From: Myxococcales bacterium
GTDB lineage: Bacteria > Myxococcota_A > Polyangia > Polyangiales > DASUME01
Direction of reading: 5' to 3'
DNA length: 64,000 nt
Assembly: GCA_047601445.1 (NCBI GenBank)
Contig: JASGJH010000001.1
Span: 3,520,001 to 3,584,000 of the forward strand
Position numbers and translations under genes: made by a program. The notes below the pieces were generated by a model. It made no database searches. It was not told the DNA's origin and saw only the letters and a list, made by a program, of their open reading frames with translations. Shown one piece after another: positions 40,038 through 48,953 of this stretch; position 1 is the first letter of the stretch; the number at the start of each line of letters is the position of its first letter.

Positions 40038-40143
40038 ATAGGCTTTTCGAGCCCTACTCGGCGCCGCTTGCACTCGCTCGGCCGATGGGTGAATCTGGCG
40101 CAAGTCTCGGCTTTTGCTGCGGGATGTGGGGGAAGGGTCAGCG

Positions 40144-41454
40144 ATGAGTGAGTCTCGAAGCCCAGGCGTTCGGCCGGCGGGCGGTTCTCCCGGAGGGGAG
40201 CGGCGCAGTGGCCCCGGGGTCTTCACGCGCTTCCTGTGGTTCTGCGCGGGGGCCGACGGCACCATCCTGGCGCGCTGTCCGCTCTCGGACTGGGTGAAGT
40301 ACCAGGGCATCGGCGGCATCGTGTTGGCGACCACGGTGCTCGCCTTCGTGTCCGCGTCCTACGCGTTCTACACCGTGTTCAGCCCCAAGGATGCCACGGC
40401 GCTGATGACCTCCACCGACCTCACGAGCGTGCTGCTCTCGTGCGTCGCCGGACTGGTCTGGGCACTGGTGATCTTCAACATCGATCGCTTCATCGTCTCC
40501 AGCACCGGCAAGGGCGACGGCACGGACAAGGTGACCCTCGAGGAGCTCGTGCAGTCGCTGCCGCGCTTGTTGATGGCGGGCATCATCGGCGTGTGCATCT
40601 CAGCGCCGCTCGAGATTCGCATCCTCAAGCCGGAGATCGACGCCCAGCTCGAGCTGGAGCAGAACAAATACCTGGCCGAGCTGAACAGCCACGCCGAGAG
40701 CATGGTGCAGAAGCGCAAGGACGAGCTGTTGGGCAAGCTCGACCGAGCCCAACGGACCCTGGACGAGCGCAGCCAGTACTTCGAAAAGCGTCGCCTCGAG
40801 ATCAACGAACAGCGCAAGCAACTCGAGCTGGAGGCCGAGGGCAAGACCGGCAGCGGTCACGCCGGCCGCGGACCCGCCTGGCAGGACAAGAAGGACACGC
40901 TCGACAAGCTCGAGGCGGAGCTCGCGCAAGACCGCGCGGCCGACGGGGAGAAGCAGAAGGTCTTCGCCGGGGAGGTCGAGAGTTCCAAGGCTGCCATCGC
41001 GGCGCTGAACAAGCAGCTCGAGGACGACAAGGCCAGTAACCTGCGCCAGTCTCGCCACCTCGACGGACTCATGAAGCGCATCCACATCTCCCACGAGATC
41101 GGCGGCTTCGTGCCGTGGGCCATCCTGCTCTTGCTGCTCGCCGTGGAGACCGGCCCGATCTTCTTCAAGATGATGATGGTGAAGAGCACCTACGACTACT
41201 TGATGGAGAACGAGAAGCTGGTGGCCACCGCCAAGGGCGGGGTCGAGGTGGATGCGCAGGTGTATCTCACGGAGGCCAGCGAAGAGATTCGCGTGGACAC
41301 CTTTCACCATGTTCAGGCGGCGTTGGCCGAGGAGCGGCGTCGACTCGAGACCGAAGCCCATCTCTCGGAGGCCGTGCACGAGCGCGTGCGCGAGCGCACC
41401 ACGGCGGCGGCCCGCGAGGGCGAGGGTTACAAGCAATTCGTGAGCGAGAAGTAA
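40144..41454 (+). CDS. DUF4407 domain membrane/coiled-coil protein
   Basis: LWFCAGAD, KYQGIGG, VIFNIDRFIVSS, PRLLMA..ISAPLE, EAEGK.GSG..GRGP and ETGPIFFK. Confidence 0.85.
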   Translation: MSESRSPGVRPAGGSPGGERRSGPGVFTRFLWFCAGADGTILARCPLSDWVKYQGIGGIVLATTVLAFVSASYAFYTVFSPKDATALMTSTDLTSVLLSCVAGLVWALVIFNIDRFIVSSTGKGDGTDKVTLEELVQSLPRLLMAGIIGVCISAPLEIRILKPEIDAQLELEQNKYLAELNSHAESMVQKRKDELLGKLDRAQRTLDERSQYFEKRRLEINEQRKQLELEAEGKTGSGHAGRGPAWQDKKDTLDKLEAELAQDRAADGEKQKVFAGEVESSKAAIAALNKQLEDDKASNLRQSRHLDGLMKRIHISHEIGGFVPWAILLLLLAVETGPIFFKMMMVKSTYDYLMENEKLVATAKGGVEVDAQVYLTEASEEIRVDTFHHVQAALAEERRRLETEAHLSEAVHERVRERTTAAAREGEGYKQFVSEK

Positions 41455-41462
41455 GGCGCGGC

Positions 41463-42323
41463 ATGGTTTCCGAGCTGCCCGCGTTGTTCGGCTACGACCC
41501 TGACCTGCTGGAGCGCCTCGCGCCGCGCCGCAGGCGGGCCATCGGTCTCTTGGTCGAAGCCTGGATCCTCTCGAGCGCCGCGCTCGCGTGCTCGGTGGGC
41601 TACGCACTCTGGCTGGTGGAGCACTCGGCCGGGCTGTCGCTGCTCGCCACGTTCGCCATGGCCATGGTGGTGATCAACCTGCTACGGCTGGTGGTGGCGG
41701 GCAGCGGCGCCGCGCCGCATCTGGGCATCGAACACGTGAAGGACTATCGCCCGGCGCTCGGGCCGACCTTCGTGCTCAGCATGCTGGCCGCCTTGTTGGC
41801 GCAACCGGGCCAGCTGCCGCTCTGGCAGAGCGAGCTCGCGGCACCCCTGGCGGAGCACCGCGCGGAACTCTTGAATCAACAGGCAGAACTCGCGCATTCG
41901 TTGGGCCAGGCGCCGACGCCGGCGTTTCGTGCGGAGCTCGAGAGCTCCGACTTTTTGGCCTGGCGCGTACGGGAAATCTGGAAAGACCCGCAGCGCGCCT
42001 TTCTGCTCTCGGTGCTGTATTGGTTCCTGGTGCTGTCACCCACGTTGGCCGGGCGCTTCGTGGCCCTCGGTGCACTGCGTGAGTACGAGCTGGTGCGCTG
42101 GCACGCAGTGCGCGGAGAGATCGAAGCTGCAGGGCGCGCGGCCGCGCGCGACATTGCCCGGGAGCTCTCGCCCTACCCGACCTACGAGCATCGGCCGCAT
42201 CCGACGCTGACCTCACCGCTTTCGCCCAACGTGCCCTTCCTGGCACGCCCAACGCGTCAGCGCTCGACGAGTCGGTGGAGCGCGTTCGCACGCAGACTGC
42301 GTCTGCCCTGGAGGAGCCGATGA
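41463..42323 (+). CDS. membrane protein, divergent DUF4407-like paralogue
   Basis: FGYDPDLL start, TM segments and INLLRLVV. Lies 8 nt after the previous gene. Confidence 0.65.
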   Translation: MVSELPALFGYDPDLLERLAPRRRRAIGLLVEAWILSSAALACSVGYALWLVEHSAGLSLLATFAMAMVVINLLRLVVAGSGAAPHLGIEHVKDYRPALGPTFVLSMLAALLAQPGQLPLWQSELAAPLAEHRAELLNQQAELAHSLGQAPTPAFRAELESSDFLAWRVREIWKDPQRAFLLSVLYWFLVLSPTLAGRFVALGALREYELVRWHAVRGEIEAAGRAAARDIARELSPYPTYEHRPHPTLTSPLSPNVPFLARPTRQRSTSRWSAFARRLRLPWRSR

Positions 42324-43459
42324 GGCAGTGGTTCCGCGGCCAACTCGAGGGGCACTATGAAGGCCTGCCCAGCGTGCATCCCGGTCCGTCCAAGGACATG
42401 CGCGGGCGCCCTCACCAGCTGCGCATCTACCGCGCCCACGTGCGCGGGCTCGAGCTCATCGAACCGCCCGATCCCGCGCGCGCCGATCCCGAGCAAAAAA
42501 CGCTCTATCAGGCCCGCGTGGAGCATGCGCGCCTCGAGACGCAGCACACGCGTGGGCTGTGCCTCGAGGGCCCCATCTTCGAGCTCTCGCTCGATGCTCC
42601 GCGGCTCACCCACCCAGCCCGCTTCGAAGGTCGCCTTTTCGGGCGCGTGGAGGGCACCGCGGTGGGTTGCTTCGAAGTGCCCCAGGAGCCGCAAGCCCAG
42701 GAGCTGGTGGCCCGTGCGGCGCCCGCGGTGCCCAGCGAATCCCCCGAGAGCACCGCCGCCGCGACGCCCCTGACGCGTAGTAGCGAAGCCCCCGAGAGCG
42801 AACCGTCTGCGCAGCCCGAGCCGGGCGAGTCCAGTGTGAGGTTGGTGCCGCTGGAGCTCCCCGCGCCGAGCCAAGCAGAAGTAAGCCCAGCTGCGACGAA
42901 CCCGGACGCGCCCCACGTGGTGCCCGAAGTAAAGCCGCCACCGCGGCCCAAGGCGCCGCCTTCCAACCTGCCGCTGCTCGCTTTGGTGGGTGCCCTCGCC
43001 CTGACGCTGCTGGTCACGGCGGGTGCGGGTCCGGCGCTGCTCTGGCTCTCGTTCCTGCTACCGAGTTTGTTGGTGCGGCGCTTCTTGCGCGGCGTGCTAC
43101 CTGACGCCACCGCCTTTCGCGCGATCGGCGCGCTCCTGATCGGCGCTCAAGTGTGCTGGGTCGGCTGGACCTTACTCGGCTGGAGCACGGCTCCGTGCAA
43201 GGAGCTCCATGTGTTGCCGCTGGCCGCGCTGGTGGGTGGCGTATTCCTGGCCGGCGTATTGCCGTACCTGTTGCCCATGGCCATCAACGCGTTCGGCTTC
43301 GCGCTGGTACTCGGCATGTGGAGCGTCGGCCCGGGTCAGGTGTGCGGAGCAGACGGAAACCAAGAGCCGACCCGACAGGTAACGCCGAGCGTGAAGCACC
43401 CGGGGGAGCCAAGGACGAATGAGGATGGGAGCTGGCCGAGAGAGCCCGTGAGGGAGTAG
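42320..43459 (+). CDS. hypothetical membrane protein (beta-rich N-domain, Pro/Ser linker, 5-6 TM)
   Basis: GGAGGAG RBS and ATGA overlap with the previous stop. Confidence 0.75.
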   Translation: MRQWFRGQLEGHYEGLPSVHPGPSKDMRGRPHQLRIYRAHVRGLELIEPPDPARADPEQKTLYQARVEHARLETQHTRGLCLEGPIFELSLDAPRLTHPARFEGRLFGRVEGTAVGCFEVPQEPQAQELVARAAPAVPSESPESTAAATPLTRSSEAPESEPSAQPEPGESSVRLVPLELPAPSQAEVSPAATNPDAPHVVPEVKPPPRPKAPPSNLPLLALVGALALTLLVTAGAGPALLWLSFLLPSLLVRRFLRGVLPDATAFRAIGALLIGAQVCWVGWTLLGWSTAPCKELHVLPLAALVGGVFLAGVLPYLLPMAINAFGFALVLGMWSVGPGQVCGADGNQEPTRQVTPSVKHPGEPRTNEDGSWPREPVRE

Positions 43460-43488
43460 AGCGGCCAAAAAGGGCCCAGGGCCAAAGG

Positions 43489-44175
43489 GCCATCTGCCAT
43501 CTGCCATCTGCCATCTGCCATCCGCCATCCGCCATCCGCCATCCGCCATCGGCCAACAGCCATCGGCCATCCGCCATCCGCAATCCGCCATCCGCAATCC
43601 GCAATCCGCAATCCGCAATCCGCAATCCGCAATCCGCAATCCGCAATCCGCAATCCGCAATCCGCCATCCGCAATCCGCAATCCGCCATCCGCCATCCGC
43701 AATCCGCAATCCGCAATCCGCAATCCGCGAGCGGCTACCAGGCCAACTGCCCATCCGCCCTCTGCGAGCGGGCGGCGGCCCAACTGCCAGCGACTAGCAG
43801 TGCTCCACCGCCAGCAGTCATCTGGTAGCGGCGGGCGGCCAGTTGCTCGCTGCTGACGGCCGATGGAGAGTACGCCACTGACGGCGCATTGCTGGTGGCC
43901 GATCGCCGACGGTTGATGGCCGAGGCAGATGGCAGATGGCTGATAGCCCGTTGGCCGCCGGCTGTTTGGCCGACGGCTGATGGCCGATGGGCTGATGGCT
44001 GATGGCTGATAGCCGTTGGCCGATGGCCGATGGCCGATGGCCGATAGCTGATGGCCGATGGCCGATGGCCGATAGCTGATGGCCGATGGCCGATGGCTGT
44101 TGGCCGATGGCTGTTGGCCGATGGCCGATGGCCGATGGCCGATGGGCTGATGGCTGATGACAGAGATGGCAGACG
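43489..44175. repeat. inverted pair of heptamer tandem arrays
   Basis: Left array of CTGCCAT/CCGCCAT/CCGCAAT units (10 perfect CCGCAAT at 43592-43661). Right array of ATGGCCG/ATGGCTG/ATAGCTG/TTGGCCG units in the reverse-complement orientation. Confidence 0.95.
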
Positions 44176-44191
44176 GGCCGCTCGCGGCCCC

Positions 44192-45087
44192 TTAAACCCG
44201 AACCCGCTCAGAGCTCATCTGCCACAAGCGCGTCGCAGCCTCGACATCGCGTCCGCCCTGGCTGGCTTTGCCTTCGTGACAATCCACGTAGTATCGCCCG
44301 CCCACGCGCTCGAGCTCGGGGGCCGTGGCGCAGTAGACCGTGGTGGCCGCTCCTTGCGGGATGCTCTTGGTGAAGGGCTTGATGGCCGTGGCCAGGGTCT
44401 GCGCGGCCAGGGAACTGCGAAAGATGGAGGTCCCGATGAAAGCCCCCGGATGCAGTGCGTTCGAGAAGATGCCCCGGCTCTGGTAGCGACGTGTGAGCTC
44501 ATTGGCGAACAGGACGTTGCACAGCTTGGCTTGTCCGTAGGACACCATGGAACCGTAGCCCGATTGGCTGAGGGGAAAGCGCTCGAACTCGAGCTTGCGC
44601 GGGAAGCGGTGGGACTCGGACGACACCATCACCACGCGCGAGGTGCCCGCGGCCGCCAGGCGATCGAGCAGCAGGTTCACCAGCAAGAAATGTCCGAAGT
44701 GGCACACGCCCACCGTGCTCTCGATGCCGTCCTGGGTGGTTTGATAGCGGGTCGCATACAGGCCGGCGTTGCAGAATCACCACGTCGAGCTTGGCGGGCA
44801 GCTCCTCGGCGCAGCGTCGCACGCTAGCAAGCGACGCGAGATTCGAGCGGGGTCAACTGAACCTTGGCCTCCGGATGCTTCGCGAGGATGTTCTGTTGGG
44901 TGGCCTTGCCGGCTTCGAGGTTCCGACATGCCAGTAAGGTGTGCGCCCCGGCTGCGGCCAGCGAGCGCGCTGCCTCATAGCCAATGCCGGAGTTCGCCCC
45001 TGTGATGAGGATGGTCTTGCCGACGAGGTTCACTCCCGAGAGGACCTCGTCGCAAGTCGTGCGCGCGCCGAACTTCGCTGTGGCCAT
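44192..45087 (-). CDS. SDR family oxidoreductase (WWOX/RDH-like), two +1 frameshifts (44840-44844, 44774-44778)
   Basis: TGANSGIG, reconstructed PLDLASLASV and VICNAG, then HFGHF, YGQAK and LHPG. Confidence 0.88.
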
Positions 45088-45103
45088 GACTTGGGTCGCG
45101 TTC

Positions 45104-45544
45104 CTAGCGGTCGCTGCGCCGCAACATGCGACGCCCTTCCGCCTCGTACCAGCGGGAGTGCATACGCTCGAAGGGGATGGTTTTCTCCACGATGGCCCTC
45201 AATTCGGGGTCGCGAATCTTCTGGGCCAGGTCGGTGAGGTGGCGGGTCGCGGCAGCCTCGGTGAGGGCGAAAGTACGCAGCTTGAGCTCCAGGGGCTGCG
45301 GCGCCAGGGCCAGATTGAGCGAGGGGATGACCAGAAAGTCGTAGGCGGGTCCATACGGTACCTCCTCACCCCGAGCCTCCAGCCATTCCGCATACCAGCG
45401 CGCATGCTCGTGTTCATGGCGCGCGAAATTTTCGAATGCTCCCGCAACGTCCTGGTTGTCGACGTTCAAGGAAAAGCGGTCGTAGAAGGCGCCCCCGACA
45501 TGTTCGGCGACGAAAAAAGTCTTGGCGAGCTGTACCGCGTTCAT
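45104..45544 (-). CDS. ferritin-like diiron protein (Coq7/Clk-1-like ligand spacing)
   Basis: E-X6-Y-X22-EHEH-X48-E-X6-L-X22-ERMH, counted from the translation. Confidence 0.75.
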   Translation of the reverse strand: MNAVQLAKTFFVAEHVGGAFYDRFSLNVDNQDVAGAFENFARHEHEHARWYAEWLEARGEEVPYGPAYDFLVIPSLNLALAPQPLELKLRTFALTEAAATRHLTDLAQKIRDPELRAIVEKTIPFERMHSRWYEAEGRRMLRRSDR

Positions 45545-45689
45545 GGCGCCACCGTAGCGAAGCCGCATCGCGGAGTCACGCCCACTCAACCTCGAGACTT
45601 CCCATCCCTGATAGCCTGCGTGCTAGCCTGCCCGCTCTTGGCCACGCCTGCGGACACCCCCGCACGCTTGGGCCAACCGGAGGCTGCCC

Positions 45690-46472
45690 ATGGCTACGCT
45701 GTTGTCGCGCATTACCGAGCTCGGCGGGAAGCGCGTGCCCATCCTGCGCTGGTCTTTTGTCCGCATGATGCTCGGGATGAAGACCCTCACCAAAGAGTGG
45801 CAAGTCGGAGACGGTCGCGAGAAAGACGTGCTGCGTCACGTGCTCGACAACGCCAAGGCCGGCGACGTGAACTCGGTCATCGCCGCCATCGACAACTTCG
45901 CCTACCACCACAAGTTCCTGATCAACGTGGGCGACGAGAAGGGCGCCATCCTGGACAAGGTCATCGAGCGCGAGAAGCCCAAGCGCGCGCTCGAGCTCGG
46001 CGCTTACGTGGGCTACAGCGCCCTGCGCATCGCCAAGAAGCTCCCGGCGGGCGGCCATCTCTACTCCATCGAGTTCAACGCCGAGAACGCAGCCATCGCG
46101 CGACGCATCGTGGAGCACGCGGGCATGACTGACCGGGTGACCTTCGTGGTGGGCTACCTCGGCGACGAGGGCAAGACACTGGCGACACTGCGCGAGAAGC
46201 ACGGCTTCGACGCGGGCTCCCTCGACGTGGTGTTCGTGGATCATGACAAGGAGGCCTATCTGCCGGACCTGATGCGCCTCCTGGGCACCGGCTGGCTGCA
46301 CAAGGGCAGCGTGATCGTGGCCGACAACGTGGGCTTCCCGGGCGCGCCGGCCTATCGAGCCTACATGCAGGCCGAAGAGGGCAAGCGCTTCATGACCACG
46401 AGCCACGAGACGCACCTGGAATACCAGTCCATGATCCGCGACGTGGTGCTCGAGTCTACGTTGCTCGGTTGA
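45690..46472 (+). CDS. catechol O-methyltransferase-like SAM-dependent methyltransferase
   Basis: INVGDEKG, LELGAYVGYS, VFVDHDKEAYLPDL and ADNVGFPGAP. GGAGG RBS. Confidence 0.9.
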   Translation: MATLLSRITELGGKRVPILRWSFVRMMLGMKTLTKEWQVGDGREKDVLRHVLDNAKAGDVNSVIAAIDNFAYHHKFLINVGDEKGAILDKVIEREKPKRALELGAYVGYSALRIAKKLPAGGHLYSIEFNAENAAIARRIVEHAGMTDRVTFVVGYLGDEGKTLATLREKHGFDAGSLDVVFVDHDKEAYLPDLMRLLGTGWLHKGSVIVADNVGFPGAPAYRAYMQAEEGKRFMTTSHETHLEYQSMIRDVVLESTLLG

Positions 46473-48045
46473 GCGAGGAAGCCGCGGCGCGGGCACCACG
46501 ACGTTGGCCGCGCCGCACGCAGGCAACTCCCAGCATCAGCGCGAGCCAGACGAGGCCACCGCGAGCCCGTGAAGGAGCCGAGAGCGAACAACCGCCGTCG
46601 GCATCCTTCAGCCGTGGCGTCACACCTGCGTCGCTTTCACCGCCTGTTGCCCCGCCGTCGTCGGAGGGCGCTGGCGTGCTCGCGTCGGGCCAGCTGGCGG
46701 GGTCGGCATCACCGACGAACTCATAGGCTCCCACTGCCGGCGGGCTGGACCGAAGGAGACCGTCCAAGTCCCGCACGAAGCCCTGCGCCGACAGACCTAT
46801 CCCCGCATGGCGGGCCGGCGATGCCTCACTCAAGTGAAAGTCGTCCGCACCCACGAATGCCGCTGCGCCGAGATCCGCCACGAACACGTTGTTCGTCAGG
46901 CTCTCACTCGTGACCTCGTTGCTGACCCCGAGCGCCGTGCTCGGCCCCACCACGAAGTTGTTCGAGACCGCGCTGGTAATTCCCTTGCCGAACACGCGCA
47001 GCGCCGAGCCCTTGTAACCGAGCAACGTGTTGAAGTGCACAGCGTAGCGAGCAGGCGCTTGTCCGCTGACGTTCATGTAGACGGTGTCTTCGCCGAAGTT
47101 GGCCACCAGGTTGTCGCCCACCGTGGTGTCTCCTGCGCCCAACACGAAGATGCCCATGGCGGGTCCGTCGCGGAGATCGTTGGCTCGCACGTCGCACGCC
47201 GAGAACGTGCCGATCTGCAGGCCCTGCTGCTGGTACATCTCGCCTGCCGTGCCCACGTGCCGAATCACGTTGTGGTGCACGCGACAGCCCTGGTGGGCCA
47301 TGCCCACCTGCATGCCGTCCCACTCGGTGTTCTCTACCAAGTTGTGGTCGAGCTCGATGCCCTCGAGGAAGTGCGGCTGCCGCTTCACCGCCGAGCCGTT
47401 GCACTGGATGGTCTGCCCCGCAGACTGCGTACTGCCCACGTAGAAACCCTCGCCGCCCGTGTCGTGGACCCACAGGTGATGCAGGTGCACGTTGCGTTGC
47501 ACGAAGGTGCCTTGATCCGCGCTGCCGTCACAGAGCGGATCGGTCTTGGCCATTACCCCTGCGAAGCCCGTGTCGTGGACCTCGATGTGGTCGGCCTCGT
47601 AGTTGGTGCTCTTGTCGAGGAACCACAGTCCCATGCCGGGATAGTCGGGGCCCCGGCGCGACGCGCTGACGCGAATGCCATACTCGATACCCGCGGTGCC
47701 GCTCCCCGTGAACCGGAAAAACTGTGAGCTGCCCTGGAAGTCCACGCCGTAGCCGCGATCCGTATTGTGCACGTCGACCACGCCGCCGCAGTTGAGGATG
47801 GTGATGGGAGCCCCCTCTGCGCCGCGGATCTCCCGAAAGCGAATGAACGCATAGTCGCCAGCCTGGAGGCAGACCGTGGCCCCCGGAGCGATCCCGAGCG
47901 TGGTCCCGTTCACCTCACCCGTACCAGGGGCGATCGTGTGATCGCAGGCACTGCAGCTCGCGGGCTCGGGGAGCACCGGCAAGGCCTGCGCAGGAGACGC
48001 CAGGGAGCCGCAAATCAGGGCGAATAGTGCAGGGAACAATCGCAT
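46456..48045 (-). CDS. secreted right-handed beta-helix protein with MYXO-CTERM tail
   Basis: Signal peptide ending AQA, PbH1-type repeats (VHDTGGEGFYVGS, WDGMQVG), DFHL..SPA..VGAYE and C-terminal GGCS...LALMLG...RRGQRR. Confidence 0.85.
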   Translation of the reverse strand: MRLFPALFALICGSLASPAQALPVLPEPASCSACDHTIAPGTGEVNGTTLGIAPGATVCLQAGDYAFIRFREIRGAEGAPITILNCGGVVDVHNTDRGYGVDFQGSSQFFRFTGSGTAGIEYGIRVSASRRGPDYPGMGLWFLDKSTNYEADHIEVHDTGFAGVMAKTDPLCDGSADQGTFVQRNVHLHHLWVHDTGGEGFYVGSTQSAGQTIQCNGSAVKRQPHFLEGIELDHNLVENTEWDGMQVGMAHQGCRVHHNVIRHVGTAGEMYQQQGLQIGTFSACDVRANDLRDGPAMGIFVLGAGDTTVGDNLVANFGEDTVYMNVSGQAPARYAVHFNTLLGYKGSALRVFGKGITSAVSNNFVVGPSTALGVSNEVTSESLTNNVFVADLGAAAFVGADDFHLSEASPARHAGIGLSAQGFVRDLDGLLRSSPPAVGAYEFVGDADPASWPDASTPAPSDDGGATGGESDAGVTPRLKDADGGCSLSAPSRARGGLVWLALMLGVACVRRGQRRGARAAASSLNRAT

Positions 48046-48272
48046 GGAACGATGGTATCGCCCCGTCCTCGATTTCGCCCATGTGCTCCAAGGTGCGTCG
48101 ATGGACCGAGCGGTTCTACGCAAATGCGCTCTCACCTCGATTAGGGCTTCCAAACCCCGGCGGCGGCGATCATATTCGGAGGCCCAGCTGGGGAGTTCCG
48201 CTCACGCGTAGCGGTTCTTCGCAGGCGCGCCGGAGGGCGCGCGTGGACGAGCTTTGGAGAAGGAGGATCTTG

Positions 48273-48953
48273 GTGAAACGCAAGCAGTCACAGCGAAAGC
48301 GCCAGACCAAATCCGCCAATTCCCGCAGCTCCGACTCGGGCAAGCGCAGCTCGGTGGCCCCCGGGGTAAACCACGCAACCCTGCGTAGCTCCTCCATCCC
48401 GGCCGCCAGCGCAGCGGCCGTGGCCTACGAGGCCGAGCTCGATGCGGCCCTGCCACGCGAAGCTCACCTGGACTCCGGGGAGATCGAGATCGAGCCCCGC
48501 CAGCGCCTGTTCGGCCAGGTCGACTTTCACACCGAGAGCAACTTCTACAGCGGTTACTCGGGCGATCTCTCGGACGGCGGCGTGTTCGTGGTCACCTACG
48601 CCCAGCTCAAGCTCGGGCAGTCCGTGGACGTGGAGCTCTCGCTGCCCGGCGGGCTCTTCATCGCGGCCACCGGACGCGTGGCCTTCCTGCGCTCCCCCGT
48701 GGGCCATCACGGCGAGCTCTCACCCGGCGCGGGCATCGAGTTCGACGAAATCGACGCATCGTCCCGGCGCGCAGCGGAGTCCTTCATGAGTCGCCGCGAG
48801 CCCACCTTCGTGGATCCTGAATTAAGTCGGGAGGGCACGCGCCCTCCTGACCTTCACGGCAAAAGCCGCAACGGGACCCACCCTCCGCGAGGTTCGCTAC
48901 GCTCACGAGGTGCTGTCGCACCTGCGGCGTGGACCGGCTCAGGCTCCGCGTGA
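48273..48953 (+). CDS. TIGR02266-type PilZ domain protein
   Basis: EPR, ESNFYSGYSGDLSDGGVFV, GAGIEF and RREPTF. AGGAGG RBS. The C-terminal tail is read through a repeat element. Confidence 0.85.
   Translation: MKRKQSQRKRQTKSANSRSSDSGKRSSVAPGVNHATLRSSSIPAASAAAVAYEAELDAALPREAHLDSGEIEIEPRQRLFGQVDFHTESNFYSGYSGDLSDGGVFVVTYAQLKLGQSVDVELSLPGGLFIAATGRVAFLRSPVGHHGELSPGAGIEFDEIDASSRRAAESFMSRREPTFVDPELSREGTRPPDLHGKSRNGTHPPRGSLRSRGAVAPAAWTGSGSA
48826..48907. repeat. REP-like structured repeat, copy 2
   Basis: GTCGGGAGGGC-ACGC-GCCCTCCTGAC, CGGC-AAAA-GCCG and tail CCCTCCGCGAGGTTCGCTACGCTCACG. Homologous to 14316-14398. Confidence 0.85.

Noticed and set aside
43172..43783. ORFs reading ADCGLRI/MADGRW repeats (43172-43783, 43284-43754, 43336-43716, and 44051-44827)
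   Set aside because: These are translations of the heptamer arrays. The same peptide appears in all three frames and the ORFs overlap real genes.
43489..44175. CRISPR array
   Set aside because: Tandem 7-mers with no unique spacers, and no cas genes in the window.
45104..45544. Assigning the gene symbol coq7
   Set aside because: Ligand spacing fits, but the N-terminal RxxH and other Coq7 context are missing, and no ubi genes are nearby.
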